A stretch of 64,000 bases of DNA, taken from IMG/VR virus record IMGVR_UViG_3300037863_000082. The stretch is one strand, 5' to 3'. Source of the DNA: an uncultured virus (IMG/VR IMGVR_UViG_3300037863_000082). Its lineage: Duplodnaviria > Heunggongvirae > Uroviricota > Caudoviricetes. This document shows positions 42,706 through 54,300 of the stretch, in pieces (the first letter of the stretch is position 1; the number at the start of each line of letters is the position of its first letter). A program made the position numbers and the translations under genes. The notes below the pieces were generated by a model. The model saw only the letters and a program-made list of their open reading frames with translations. It ran no database searches and was not told where the DNA came from.

Positions 42706-43122
42706 TTACTTACCGTACTCCCTGGCTACCTCGTCTGGTGATGCAAGTCTGACGTGACCTCTAGATAGCCACTTTTCTGACTTATCTTTGCTAACAATAT
42801 TGTAGCCCTTTGCAAGCTTTCCAACATTTTCCCATACGACATTCTTTGTAGAGTGAAGTGCAACCATTTCCTCTTTTTGAGTTTTTGGAGCCTCAGCTTT
42901 TGGAACCTCTTTGGTCTTTGACGTTACGATCTTTCCATCAGAAGACTTAAGGGAGCCTGGCTTTTTTCCACCCTTGCCTGGTTTATTAGGTGCTGTTATG
43001 ATGTTCGGGTTATCTTTAGCAAAAGAATCTTCTACAGCATTTTCGTACTTTTTAATCATTTCTTCTGAAATGATAGGCTCTCCATCCTGTAGATGGGCCA
43101 TTGTGGTATTTTCAGATGTCAT
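42706..43122 (-). CDS. Hypothetical protein after the major capsid gene
   Basis: SD GGAGG before MTSEN; C-terminal VRLASPDEVAREY. Confidence 0.7.
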   Translation of the reverse strand: MTSENTTMAHLQDGEPIISEEMIKKYENAVEDSFAKDNPNIITAPNKPGKGGKKPGSLKSSDGKIVTSKTKEVPKAEAPKTQKEEMVALHSTKNVVWENVGKLAKGYNIVSKDKSEKWLSRGHVRLASPDEVAREYGK

Positions 43123-43153
43123 TTTATCCTCCATTAATATTATAACAGATAAT

Positions 43154-43195
43154 ACATAAGGGGGACAAGAGCGTTAGCCCCTGCCCCCCTCATAT
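43154..43195 (-). terminator. Long hairpin after the major capsid gene (terminator or stabiliser)
   Basis: 19-bp stem with G-U pairs that form only on the minus strand; loop TAAC. Confidence 0.7.
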
Positions 43196-43208
43196 GGTTA
43201 TGTTTTAG

Positions 43209-44330
43209 CTAGGATGCGTCGGCAGCTGCGTCTGCGTAAGAAACAGCGTCCTCTTCTTCCCACTGGATGCCGAAGCGAACGAATACGGTATATTCGATCG
43301 TGTCCTTCTTGGCAACATATTCGCGGTTTACAGTAATGTCGCGCTGGAAACCCCAAATACGGTTAGCGGGGAATGTCAAGTCGACATAGCCCTCTGGGTA
43401 ATATGGAACTTCCTGAACGTCAATACCGAGAACACGTGTGGTGCGAGCTGTACCAAGAGTCTGTGCCTGGCCGTCAAGGTATGCTTGACGGTTGCGCTCA
43501 GTTCCTGGGCCATTGCCAGCAAATGCTTCAGCAATAGCGTCAGCAAGAGTACCGTTGTTCTTAACAATTCCCTGGAATACATCAGTACCGGCATAGAACC
43601 TGAGACCGTTCTTAAGTGCGCGGTACTTACGAGGCATTGCAAGGAGAATTCCCTGCATAACCTCTGTAGTCCAAGAGTTGTCAGTAACGGTGGCAACGAA
43701 CTCATGTGCGTCGCCATTGGTCTTTACCCTGTTGACAAACCCATCCATAATGGAAAGGAAGCTACCCGTGGCCCCGTCACCGTTGATCGCTAGATCTTCG
43801 ATGTCGTTTGCAAAGGCATTCGTCATAAGGCGGACCAAGTGGTCCTCTAGAGCAGCACCCTCGACGTTATCTTCGAGTGCTTCTGCGCTGACTTCCCAGT
43901 CAAGACGGATCTTCTTAGTAGTAAGTTCCACCTTTGAGAAGGTTGCACCAGTGTTTGCGTAGTCACCTACACCTTGTGCCGCTGCACGAATGACGCGCTC
44001 ACCCACGTTAACTTTTTCAAGTTCCATAGAGTTTGCACGCATTGTTACGCGACGACCATCTTTGGCGAGAATTGTACCGTCCCACACGTAGTCAATAAAA
44101 CGACGTGCTTGTTCGGGACGTAGGATACCACTTGCTGCATCACCCGAAGGATTTACCGCATTTGGACCACTTGTAACGCCAAAACTAGCGGTAGGAATAT
44201 TTCCCAATGTGTTAGCACCGGGATTACTCACTCCGCCAATTCCACCAGAAGCAAAGCTACCCTCAGCGTTGTAACGCCCAGAGTCGTCGCCTGAAGCGTC
44301 TGGATTATTCTTTTTAATCTCTTCCGACAT
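43209..44330 (-). CDS. Major capsid protein (HK97 fold)
   Basis: GILRPEQARRFID, EALEDNVEG, FANDIEDLAINGD; strong SD AGGAGGTG. Confidence 0.92.
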   Translation of the reverse strand: MSEEIKKNNPDASGDDSGRYNAEGSFASGGIGGVSNPGANTLGNIPTASFGVTSGPNAVNPSGDAASGILRPEQARRFIDYVWDGTILAKDGRRVTMRANSMELEKVNVGERVIRAAAQGVGDYANTGATFSKVELTTKKIRLDWEVSAEALEDNVEGAALEDHLVRLMTNAFANDIEDLAINGDGATGSFLSIMDGFVNRVKTNGDAHEFVATVTDNSWTTEVMQGILLAMPRKYRALKNGLRFYAGTDVFQGIVKNNGTLADAIAEAFAGNGPGTERNRQAYLDGQAQTLGTARTTRVLGIDVQEVPYYPEGYVDLTFPANRIWGFQRDITVNREYVAKKDTIEYTVFVRFGIQWEEEDAVSYADAAADAS

Positions 44331-44356
44331 ATTGTCACCTCCTAAGTGATTTTAAC

Positions 44357-45688
44357 TTATTTAAATAAGTCGGCAGTTTTGAGGAAACGACCGCCCCATA
44401 GGGATTTTTCAACCATTTCTGGTTGTTCCTGTACGATCTCGCCAAGATCGCCAGACTTGCGGAAAGCTGTCTCTGCTTCTACTGCGTCGACTCGCTTTCC
44501 AAACTCATCAAAATGTTCTTTAGCGGCAGCAAACTCCCTTTTAGTTTCTGCTACCTCTTCGGAAACACCGGTAATTGATTTGTTTAGTGCATTAACCTGC
44601 TCATGTAGAGACTTAACGGTTTCTGCTAGATCGCTAAAGGCTAATGTAAGGGTATCTTTGATTTCATTAACTGCCTCGGCAATAATTCCATCGTCTGACT
44701 TAGATACCTCTAACTCTGCCTCAACGGCTTCGGATTTCTCAACATCTGCTTCTGCATCGGTATCTTCTACCTCTGCTTTTGCATCGGTAGCCTTTTCAAC
44801 ATCAGCTGTTTCATCAGCCTTTGTTTCTTCTGCTACCTCTTCAGTCTCGGCATCTGCCTCTGGAGCGACCTCTACCTCTTCAACAACCTCGTCTGATTTC
44901 TCAACGAGATCTTCTGTTGTTTCAGTCATAGGACTTACCTCCTTTGTTATCTTAACTGTATTAATGCCTTTAGCACTATCAATTAAGAATTTTACTACAT
45001 CTTTTTTGTCTGAATCTGACTTTTCCACAAAGCCAATATTCTTCATTGGTTCTCCTGTTGATGGGCTAACCTCTGAGTCGTTTTCTGAAAGCATAACCAA
45101 TCCAGATTCGGAATCCCAAAAAACATTTTCAAGAACCGTGTCCATGACTTGGCCCTTTAAGACATCAATTCCATCTACCTTTTCAATAGACAAGATGTTT
45201 GCAAACTGATTTGCTGGACTGTCTACTAGAGACAGCTCAACCAGGTCATAATCTTTAATGACTCGAATAGACTTGTCAATCTCTTCGTTGTAGGCATCAT
45301 CCCACTCGTTCATTCTTCCACCAATAGAAAACCCAGTATATGTTCCATCTACAACTTTTTCCCAGGCATCTTGTGCACCCTTGGAAACATATGCAGAAAC
45401 GTAAACTCCTGTATAAAACTTTTTTGACTCTGGATCAAAGTACCTGTCTTCTTTAAAAGAAACCATTTTGCCTACAGCTTTTGGCTGGTGCATCTCACGA
45501 ATATTACCACGGAACTTTTCGAAAGCTTTCATGCTGGCATCTGTGGTGACAATATCGTTCTGCTTATCCAGATTATCCAAGGTCGCAAAGCCGGAGACGA
45601 TTCGTCTCTCAACGTCAACTTTGCTGAAGGGCATAGATAGACGAAGGTTATCGCCTTCCATATCCCAATGAGCCTTAGATATAGTCAT
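44357..45688 (-). CDS. Prohead protease fused to an acidic scaffold
   Basis: RIVSGFATLD, IREMHQ, TGFSIGG, ELSLVDSPAN (HK97-type protease), then an acidic coiled coil. Confidence 0.9.
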   Translation of the reverse strand: MTISKAHWDMEGDNLRLSMPFSKVDVERRIVSGFATLDNLDKQNDIVTTDASMKAFEKFRGNIREMHQPKAVGKMVSFKEDRYFDPESKKFYTGVYVSAYVSKGAQDAWEKVVDGTYTGFSIGGRMNEWDDAYNEEIDKSIRVIKDYDLVELSLVDSPANQFANILSIEKVDGIDVLKGQVMDTVLENVFWDSESGLVMLSENDSEVSPSTGEPMKNIGFVEKSDSDKKDVVKFLIDSAKGINTVKITKEVSPMTETTEDLVEKSDEVVEEVEVAPEADAETEEVAEETKADETADVEKATDAKAEVEDTDAEADVEKSEAVEAELEVSKSDDGIIAEAVNEIKDTLTLAFSDLAETVKSLHEQVNALNKSITGVSEEVAETKREFAAAKEHFDEFGKRVDAVEAETAFRKSGDLGEIVQEQPEMVEKSLWGGRFLKTADLFK

Positions 45689-45736
45689 ACTAACTCTATT
45701 ATACTGCCTTTTTGATAAAATATTTAAAAATTGCAA

Positions 45737-47341
45737 TCATTCTGAAGATCTTCCTTCTCCTTGTGCATTCCTACCACTTATGGTAGCAGTGCTATCTGAC
45801 TGATTGTTTGATCTTTCAGAATCTCTTTCTCTATTCCCCGCGAGGTTAGCTCTGGCATCGGTAGCCTGTCTGGCAGACATTTCAAATGGGTCGTCTCCGT
45901 CTGGTCTTTGCGGTAGTCCAAGCTGTTGCCTAGCCTCGTTTGGAGTCATGACCTGTGTCTTTACATACCTCTCAATAATCTGAGACTGTGCAATTTCATC
46001 CGTCAAAGTAAGCTCGTTAAATTTAAACTCAATGATATCTGTCTTTTCTTTAACAATTTTATTAATCATTTTTTCTAGATTTTTTTGAGCTGGACGAGAT
46101 ACCTGCTCTTTAAAGGTTCTGTCCTGAGCGAGCGCTGCTGCGATACTACCAGAGTCGCCTCCACCAATTTTTGAAAGAGGAACCTGGTGGGCAATCAAAA
46201 TATCGTCTCTATTTTGTTTACGATATTCCTTAAATGATCCCTCTTGTACTCCGTTTTCAACTGGCTCCATTTTAAACTCAACCTTGTTGTTTTCGGTATC
46301 TCCGGGTAGTGGTATATACAGCGTTCTGTGGTTCTGCCCCTTTAGACTTGTTTGTAAGAATCTAAACATCTTGTCTTCTGAGTCAGGGGACAGCTGAGCG
46401 CCCTTCAGGGTTACAATATATCTTGGCACTCCCTTGTTTCCAAAATAGTCAACATTGTATTGAGAGGCAAGGTAGTCACCCTGCAAAGAAGTTATTGCAG
46501 ACATTATATCTGGTACGCCGTAGAATGTGTTAAGTGGAGAGTACTCTTTGTAGTGAAGGATTTCGTTTGGTCTTGGATCTTCTGTTATTGGGTTTTGATT
46601 CTTTGCCCCAAACTTTCTAAAATAAACAACCTTTTCTCCAATAATTTGAACGTATCCGTCTCGTAATCTACGAACCCTCATTGTCGTAGCCGGTATATGT
46701 CCAACGTACCCGATTTCTCCTCGTGTTGTCCTACCAATTTCTAGGTAGCCGTTTCCTGTTGCCTGAACATCGGTATAGAACTTTGTCAAGGTTTGAGTAA
46801 AAGAATCATCATCGTTTAAATTTTCAACCCAATCATTTATTTCCATTTTTGCTTTTTCAATCCTATTTCTGGCTCTGCCAACAGCTTCTCTATCTTGATT
46901 GGACTCAAGCCTTAAAACAGTTTTATCAGAAATCCTAAAGTCGTAGCCAAGGCCAACAATGTTTTCAACCTTAGCGTCTATGGCAGCGTGATTTGAAAAA
47001 GATGTGTCATAGTAGTTTGCTAATTCATATAGATTCCATGGTGGGGTAATAACATCAAACATTCCATAACCGTTACGAAAAACATCGCCGGGGTTAATCT
47101 CTTTTGACCCTGCTCCGTCTATTCCCTGCTGGCTAGCTTTTGCATTAGTTAAATAGCTTTCACTAGGTGGCATATTTAGAGTTTTTGCGATACGGCTACT
47201 TCTTCTTTTAAAGTTTGACTCAAGTCCACTATATTGTTTTAGGTCATCCCAGCTTCTTACAAAAGGGTCTTGTCTTTTGAAGGTGTCATCTTGTGGGAGA
47301 TCGTCATCTATGTTTGCACGAATAATCCAATCTTTTTCCAC
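45737..47341 (-). CDS. Portal protein
   Basis: TGNGYLEI, HIPATTMR, FYGVPD, MTPNEARQQLGLP. Confidence 0.92.
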   Translation of the reverse strand: MEKDWIIRANIDDDLPQDDTFKRQDPFVRSWDDLKQYSGLESNFKRRSSRIAKTLNMPPSESYLTNAKASQQGIDGAGSKEINPGDVFRNGYGMFDVITPPWNLYELANYYDTSFSNHAAIDAKVENIVGLGYDFRISDKTVLRLESNQDREAVGRARNRIEKAKMEINDWVENLNDDDSFTQTLTKFYTDVQATGNGYLEIGRTTRGEIGYVGHIPATTMRVRRLRDGYVQIIGEKVVYFRKFGAKNQNPITEDPRPNEILHYKEYSPLNTFYGVPDIMSAITSLQGDYLASQYNVDYFGNKGVPRYIVTLKGAQLSPDSEDKMFRFLQTSLKGQNHRTLYIPLPGDTENNKVEFKMEPVENGVQEGSFKEYRKQNRDDILIAHQVPLSKIGGGDSGSIAAALAQDRTFKEQVSRPAQKNLEKMINKIVKEKTDIIEFKFNELTLTDEIAQSQIIERYVKTQVMTPNEARQQLGLPQRPDGDDPFEMSARQATDARANLAGNRERDSERSNNQSDSTATISGRNAQGEGRSSE

Positions 47342-47721
47342 TAGCCCTCATCTCCGTATGCATTAAGAGTTTTTTTGGCCGCAATAACTGCGCCAAGATC
47401 GTTCATGTTCGGGATAAGGCCTTGTGTCATTCTGTCTACTTGCTCGCTATGCTGCTCGTCAGATATCTTTCGCATATTTGGATAAAAAACGGCCTTACCT
47501 TCGGACTGGCCCCAGTACTGTGCAGCATCTTTCAGCTCTTTGACCCTTGAGGGGTCATCTCTCATTGACTCTATGGACAGGGCGTTTCCTTGGCCGTCAG
47601 TAAAAGCTTTTCCGTTTGGCTTGTGCCAAACGTAGGTTCCAAAATTAGAAAAATTTTCTTCGATAACTTGTACCTTTGTGTCACCGACTTGACCTGGAAA
47701 ACGTGGTTTTGGCTTCTTCAT
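47341..47721 (-). CDS. Hypothetical protein upstream of the portal
   Basis: TGGTATACT-7 nt-ATG; coupled to the portal. Confidence 0.75.
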   Translation of the reverse strand: MKKPKPRFPGQVGDTKVQVIEENFSNFGTYVWHKPNGKAFTDGQGNALSIESMRDDPSRVKELKDAAQYWGQSEGKAVFYPNMRKISDEQHSEQVDRMTQGLIPNMNDLGAVIAAKKTLNAYGDEG

Positions 47722-47739
47722 AACCACAAGTATACCATA

Positions 47740-50700
47740 TTATACAGGAGTGATAGTAGAAGTAGTCCAGTCAAGACCTTGATAAACAGAATACTTATAT
47801 GTTTCTAGTTTTAGCTTAACATCATCTCCAGCAACAATTTTATTTGTTCCAACAAAAGACTTGTATATTTCTGCTGGGTCTACCCCATAATAATCTGATG
47901 GTGTAACAACCAAAACCTGTGACCAGGTATAGGGCCTGTTGCCTTCTGGATTATCCTGCCCTTCCGCCCAGTATCTCCATGCGATGTCTATTCCGGCTAT
48001 TCTTTCTACACCGAACCACTGTCTGGTTATCTGATTACGAACTTGGTCAAGGCTGCTAGCTTGATAGTGAGAGATACTATCTACAGAAACTGGACCAGTA
48101 ATTCTAATTGCTCCTGCAACATTGTTCATTATTAGGTTATCCGTAAAGCCTATTCCCAAAATTGACCAGGAGCCAGCTTGTATGGATGGCTCTCTTACCA
48201 GATTTCCATTCCAATAAAAGGTTACACGATCCGTTATTCTTCCAGTAGATGTGTTTTGTGAATATATTTTTCCCCTCAAGCCGTCTGGGTGGGTGGAAAC
48301 AGCATAAAATTTAAAGAACTGATTGGCAGACTGAACTTCGAATATTTCTATTGGAGAACTTGGGAAGGCATCAAGCTCAAACTTTATTGCCATATTTAGT
48401 GCTACCGTTTCAAAATTATTTGCTTTTTCTGGATTTATTGGAATAGATAGGCCGCGACTTGTAGACGTAGACTGTTCAAAATTTCCAACCGGCTTTATGC
48501 CGCTTTGTCCAGTCAAATAAAGATATGGGGTGCTGTCTTTGTAAATCCTAAAAGGATTTTTTGCTTTGTAGTCAAAATACAATCCAGATCTTTTAAAGGG
48601 ATAAATCTTTTTACCAAATCTAGTACCAACGGAAGACGGAACTCTTTGAGACAGCGACTGCGAAGCTAGCTGAATTCTTCTTATCTTTATTGGATTCTCA
48701 ATTATCCCATCTACTTTCATCTCTATATGTGAAACCAGGGCAAGAGATTTTATGTCTACTCCCTGTGGCAGATAAAGAATTACTCCGTCTACCACTTCAT
48801 ATTTTGTCACTAGCCAATCTGAGCCTGGCTCCACTACTCCGTTAGATGGCATTCTTGTAATGTTTTTAAATCCAGAAACAGGCTTATTTGCCCCCTCAGA
48901 CAGATATTGAAAAGAAACATAGGTTCTTACACCTTGGCCGGAAGTATCGTAGAATCCTTCTGAAAATTTTTGAACCGCTGGATAGTTTATGTTCATTTGC
49001 ACAAAGTCAAGCCCGTACTCTTCCACACCGTTATCGTCAACTATGTTTTTTGCTAAATAGGTAAGTGGCACATAGTCTTCCCAATATGAATCAACCTCTA
49101 TGTCTAGTCTGGCCGCACCAAATTTTTTTCTACCAACTAAGCCATAGCTTGCAGGTTCAAACATTGGGTCAGCCGTATACCTTGACCACGGATCGCCGCC
49201 GTCTACGTAAAGATCGTTAAACAAAGATCCGTTTGTGGAAAGCGGATCGTCCCCGTCATAATCTATCTCTTGATCGTACATAGAAAACACGTCTTCATAC
49301 TCTCTAATTACACCAGAATCATTGTAAAGCTCTTCAAACTTGCCATAATTTCTTTCTGTGGAAAACGCAACCTTTAAAATCTCACCATTAAAAGTATTTG
49401 AAAAATCTTCCGACCCACCGGCATAAACCTTTAGCTGCCCCTTGTTTCCTAAAAAATACGCTGCATTTCCACCAAACTTATTGGAAAACTTCACAAGACT
49501 TATTCCAGCCAGAAAGAGGTCTCCTGGTTGGTGTCCATTGGCCCTGTACAGCCTTGTAGAGCTTCCATTAAACACCAAGGTGTAGTCTATGTAGGCCCCA
49601 TTTAACTCAACGATTAAATAATTTTTAGTTATCTGATCCTCTATCTTAAACAAAGTTTGCTTGCCGTTATCTCCGACTTTTGATTCAAATATTCCATAGA
49701 CTGCTTTGGTATCTTGAGATAAAAAGTTTAGCGTATCAAATATGATACAGCCTTCGGTCCCAAGCCAGGATGAGTTTGGCCTTAAAGATATAGACTGATC
49801 TTCCTCTGACATGCTAGCCGAGGAGTCTTCATACCACTGATCAACCGTTTTATTATTAAACTTTAGTGTTGCAAGTGGATGTTTTGGCGGCGTTAAAACA
49901 TTATTATCTACAGAAACGTTGTCCATCAGACCCTGATTCCATTTCCCAAGATCTGGAAAGTTGTAATTATTTGAGTAGTTTGCAAACGGGTAGTCTATAA
50001 AAGTACTGACGCCGTTATAGGCTGTGTTAATTTTTTCTGGATACTCAACACCCTGACCATAAACCCATCTTCTTTTTGCTACAAGGGTTGGCACAGAATA
50101 TGAATAAATTCCAACAGAATCTATTTCAAATGGCACGGTGTCTTCATAAGCATAGAAGCCAATCCAGTCTTGGTCTTTTCCAACAGAATTGTTTTTGCCT
50201 GGAAGTGAAAGCGATCTTGTGTCAAACTCAACAGATAAAACTTCTTCACCGTTTATAATTAATGTTGCAGAATTAGTAACTATTCTAAGCTGGACCAACA
50301 TTGGTCTAAACCATTCTCCTACAAAATAAGACCCATAAACATCATCAATCTTTATCTTTATAAATGGTCCATCTACATATATCCCGTCATCAGATCCAAT
50401 TGGACCAACTATTCTTTTTGGAGTTGTGCAAGAAACATTTATTCTTAACCAAAACTCTAGGGTAAAGTCTTGGTATCTGCCCAGCTCGCCAAGAAATCCA
50501 TTACCTGGAACTATTAATGATGGTCCGCTACCTGGCAATATCGTTGTATTGTTTGATGCCCCATATACTAATGGCACCCCTCCATTTTTTGCTAAAAGTG
50601 AGTTGCTCTGTCCTAAATAGTACCCGTTTAATTCTTGAAGACCATAGGCGGCTGCAGGATATCCAAAAGTTTCTGAAAGGGCTATTGTTGATGGAATTGC

Positions 50701-51327
50701 TTCAAGCTCAACCCCCAGAGAGGTTGCCTGAAACTCTTCCGACCACTGCCCCGCTGTCAACCCATTAACCAAAAAGGTATAGCTGGCTGGGTCAGACGCT
50801 CCTGGAAGATACCCAAGCTTTAAGACTATGCTTACATCTTCTTCATTTGGGGGTAAGGTAAAAGTTTCTGAAACAAAAAACCATCTATTAAAGACAGAGA
50901 TGTCAAAATCTTTAAATGTTTCTACGTAGCTGGAAGTTTCTGCGTCTAAGTATTTATAGCCAATAGATACAGAAGAAAGAAACGGACTTGGTGAATAAAA
51001 GAATGCGCCCAGAGAAAAAGTTTTAAGGTCTTCGTTAAAAGAAGAATATGGAACTACACCTGTTGCTGTAACAGTAGTGATGTCTGGATCTTCTTCTGGC
51101 ACATTGGCTGCTATTGAAGAGATGACGCTTTCTGGAAAAGGTTCTCCAATTATGTTAGTAACGACCCCAAGTGTTCCATTTGAAACTGTCCATACAGAGC
51201 TATTGGATAAATCTCTTTGTGTTTCAGATACTAGGGAGACATAGTCGGCCGGGTCGTCTAAAGACCAAAGGGCTATTGGTTGTTCAGCAAAGACCTTTTC
51301 AGAATAAAGATTAGATGATATAGACAT
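47740..51327 (-). CDS. Large virion protein with LamG/ConA-like domains
   Basis: 1195 aa; PIALWSLDD and DFTLEFWL LamG-type motifs. Confidence 0.7.
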   Translation of the reverse strand: MSISSNLYSEKVFAEQPIALWSLDDPADYVSLVSETQRDLSNSSVWTVSNGTLGVVTNIIGEPFPESVISSIAANVPEEDPDITTVTATGVVPYSSFNEDLKTFSLGAFFYSPSPFLSSVSIGYKYLDAETSSYVETFKDFDISVFNRWFFVSETFTLPPNEEDVSIVLKLGYLPGASDPASYTFLVNGLTAGQWSEEFQATSLGVELEAIPSTIALSETFGYPAAAYGLQELNGYYLGQSNSLLAKNGGVPLVYGASNNTTILPGSGPSLIVPGNGFLGELGRYQDFTLEFWLRINVSCTTPKRIVGPIGSDDGIYVDGPFIKIKIDDVYGSYFVGEWFRPMLVQLRIVTNSATLIINGEEVLSVEFDTRSLSLPGKNNSVGKDQDWIGFYAYEDTVPFEIDSVGIYSYSVPTLVAKRRWVYGQGVEYPEKINTAYNGVSTFIDYPFANYSNNYNFPDLGKWNQGLMDNVSVDNNVLTPPKHPLATLKFNNKTVDQWYEDSSASMSEEDQSISLRPNSSWLGTEGCIIFDTLNFLSQDTKAVYGIFESKVGDNGKQTLFKIEDQITKNYLIVELNGAYIDYTLVFNGSSTRLYRANGHQPGDLFLAGISLVKFSNKFGGNAAYFLGNKGQLKVYAGGSEDFSNTFNGEILKVAFSTERNYGKFEELYNDSGVIREYEDVFSMYDQEIDYDGDDPLSTNGSLFNDLYVDGGDPWSRYTADPMFEPASYGLVGRKKFGAARLDIEVDSYWEDYVPLTYLAKNIVDDNGVEEYGLDFVQMNINYPAVQKFSEGFYDTSGQGVRTYVSFQYLSEGANKPVSGFKNITRMPSNGVVEPGSDWLVTKYEVVDGVILYLPQGVDIKSLALVSHIEMKVDGIIENPIKIRRIQLASQSLSQRVPSSVGTRFGKKIYPFKRSGLYFDYKAKNPFRIYKDSTPYLYLTGQSGIKPVGNFEQSTSTSRGLSIPINPEKANNFETVALNMAIKFELDAFPSSPIEIFEVQSANQFFKFYAVSTHPDGLRGKIYSQNTSTGRITDRVTFYWNGNLVREPSIQAGSWSILGIGFTDNLIMNNVAGAIRITGPVSVDSISHYQASSLDQVRNQITRQWFGVERIAGIDIAWRYWAEGQDNPEGNRPYTWSQVLVVTPSDYYGVDPAEIYKSFVGTNKIVAGDDVKLKLETYKYSVYQGLDWTTSTITPV

Positions 51328-51354
51328 AGATAACTCCTAGTCTATTTTAACACA

Positions 51355-54300
51355 CTAGGCCTGAGATTCTGTCCAGGAAATACGTCCACCCACTCGGAAT
51401 GGGGTAGCGGCACCGATGAGAGCGGTATCAATAACAGAGGCAGAAATTGTCAGAAGGTCTGGTCCATCTGGGAAAATTCCGTCACCACCCTGAATAGCGT
51501 TTCCTAGCTCGATGATGTCGGCAAGGTCAATGTTTGTTGCTTGAGCAATCGAAGCCGTTGCGCTAGATGCACCACTGACCCTGAATGTGTAAAGCTCTAC
51601 ACCACCACTAATTGTGTCACCCTTTCCGTGTTGAATAATTTGAGAAAGTGAAGGCTGGGCAATATTTGTAAACAAAAGGTTGTCTGTGTTTCCATTTAGA
51701 ATAAGTTTAATTTCAACATCGTGAGTCGTAAGAATACCGACGTTTTTCAAGTTTAACTGCATCCTATTTATGATTTCTCTTTGGCCAATGGCTCCTACCA
51801 AAGAATTGTCAACCGCTGGCCCTAGGCGAACACTAACTAGAGGAAACAGCGTTGGGATTGCATCTGCTAGAGGACCATAGTTGTATGTAGTATCTAACAC
51901 CGACGTTCCAGTAGGTTGCTTATCAATATATACACGAGCCCTGTTTCCACCGATACTCTGTGGCTGGAATAGTGTTTTTGTTCCGGCTTGGATGTATAAT
52001 CCAGAAATTTCTGTTCCTGGCCTAATGCTTCTAACTGCAACGGAGTCTATAGCATTTACAAAGTAAACCGGAGTAAATACACCGTCTATTGTGGTATTAA
52101 AGATAGCATTAGTTTGAGAGATTCTACCTTGAAAAGTCTGTTGTTCTGCTGTGTTAGAGAAAGAAAGCGTAGAGCCGGATGCCGTAAAGAAGTATGCGTC
52201 GTCATTGTCGAATCTACCATCCATAATGACAGACGTTCCCCAGTGGGCGATTGTTGGGCTGTAAGTTGGGTTTGCAAGGTTCAAGACCTCGTATCTTGCT
52301 GGCAAGTTGCCAGATCTCATATAGGCTTCTGTAAACTGATTGTTGTGAACATATTCGTGGAAATACAGAACCTCACCGTTTTTAGCTTTGAAACCAAAAC
52401 GAACTTTTCCGGCACCGTACCACGAGTAGTCTATGTAAGCCATCTGCATCTTAGTAAGGTTAAGTATGAGCCCGGACGGACCAGTTCCGTCTGCCTTATC
52501 CAGGTTCCATTGGTTTTGTGGAGTTTTGGTGTCCACTGTCTTGGTTACAACAACGTTTCCTTTTGTGACACCCCTATATGCGGGCTGTATCGACAAAGAG
52601 TTTTCGCTAGCAATGTGCACAACCTTGTAGCTTTGTCCTCGTATAACAACCTTGTCTCCGGCAGTTAATTGGCTAATAAATTTTGTGTTTTCACCGACAA
52701 TCAGAGAGGAGTTAAATGTTGCTGTGACCGTACCAGAAATTTGCTCAACACTGCTTCTTCTGCAAGCATATAGCTGCTGACCATCATATTCAAAGAATAG
52801 GCCATTCTGATCATCAAAAATTCCACACCTAAGTAAGGATCCTGACCAAGATGCCGGGGTAAACTGCGAGAATCCTGAAGACGAGCCTGATTGAGGAATA
52901 CCATCTAGCAGAACCTTGAAAGTATCGTCATTAACAACCTCTGTTACTCCGAATGTGCCAATCCAGCTATTAACTGGAGTTAGAGTGGCTGCGTCGCCCT
53001 CTGTCGGCATCGTGATGTCGATCCTTCCATCTTCTCCTCCGACTAGTGCATCGGAAAGAGATGCATAAATGTAGTACCTAGTGCCACCCGCGTTTCTAAC
53101 CCAATACTTTACGTTTGACTCAATTCCGCCAAGCTCTACTCCTGGTGTCTGATACAAAACAGCCTCTCCGTTTACGAATGACTGCTGTGATCCAATGTTA
53201 ATTGTATTTGCATCAACATCAACATTTGTAGAATTTTGCAAGAATGTTCTGGCAGTTCCAAGGTTTGTATCGCTAGCCCCCTCTGTTGTTATTGACAATT
53301 GGTCTGTCACCTTATTTGGGTATCTTGTTTTAATAGTTGCAATTCCAGTATTGATATCAACAGTAAATGCTTCAATTTGTTTTGGCGCATTAAAGTTAAT
53401 ACCATAAGAAACCTGAATACCCTTACCGGACTGGTATCGGAAGTATCTGCGAGTTTGTCTAATGATCGAAGAGTCTGGATTTAGTGATGGAGTCAGCTCA
53501 ACACCGCCATCAAATGGCCTGTGAAGGGCAAACCCGTCTGCCTTTACAAACAAAGAGGTAACTAGGGCATACTGGAATCCGGACTGAGTTCCAATCGGGG
53601 TAATATCGTCTGAAGCAAATTCTGGGATTTCGTCTTCAAGAACAATTCCAGTAGCAGATCTAACGCCAAGAACCTTTGACTCAAAAACTGCTCCGGCATA
53701 CTTGCTAGTCACTACAGCATTTCCTGCAGTACTTACCAGCTCGACCTGTACGCCATCTTGTGTTCCGGCTGCTGCAATGGCTTCGTCATAACTAGGATAG
53801 AATCTAAAGGTGTTAGATTTTTCTGTTTGAACAAATTTGTGTGTGCCAGATCCAGTAGTAAGAATATCTACTCTATTAGAGTCGGACAGAGAGTCGGCCC
53901 TATTGTTATAAAGATAGAAGGCGCTTGTGCTAGTTGTTCTAATAAAATATTCTCGACCGGAGACCAGTGGTTCTGGTGATACTGCCGATTCAAACCTGAC
54001 GGCATCTCCTGTTGTAAGTCCATGAACGGCATTCGTAGTGACAATATCGTTTGTTGCAATATTTGTAGAGAAAAGCTCTCTAATGTTGGAATTTCTTCCA
54101 ATGTAGTAAAGTCTTCCGTCTATTAGTGTTGACATAATTTCTGAAGATGTGTAAGAAGCTGTCTGACCATCTGTGTAAGTGTGCGTTGGAGAATAGAACT
54201 GATCTTGCTGAGTAAAGATAGCGGTTCCAGAACCTGAGCTGGTTATGTTTACTATGTTTATATTATCAAAAGCATCTTGTTTTGTTTCATGCAAAGTAAA

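Noticed and set aside
44346..45209. 287-aa plus-strand ORF and the other plus-strand ORFs
   Set aside because: Antisense shadows of well-supported minus-strand genes; Ser-rich, with no motifs or initiation signals.
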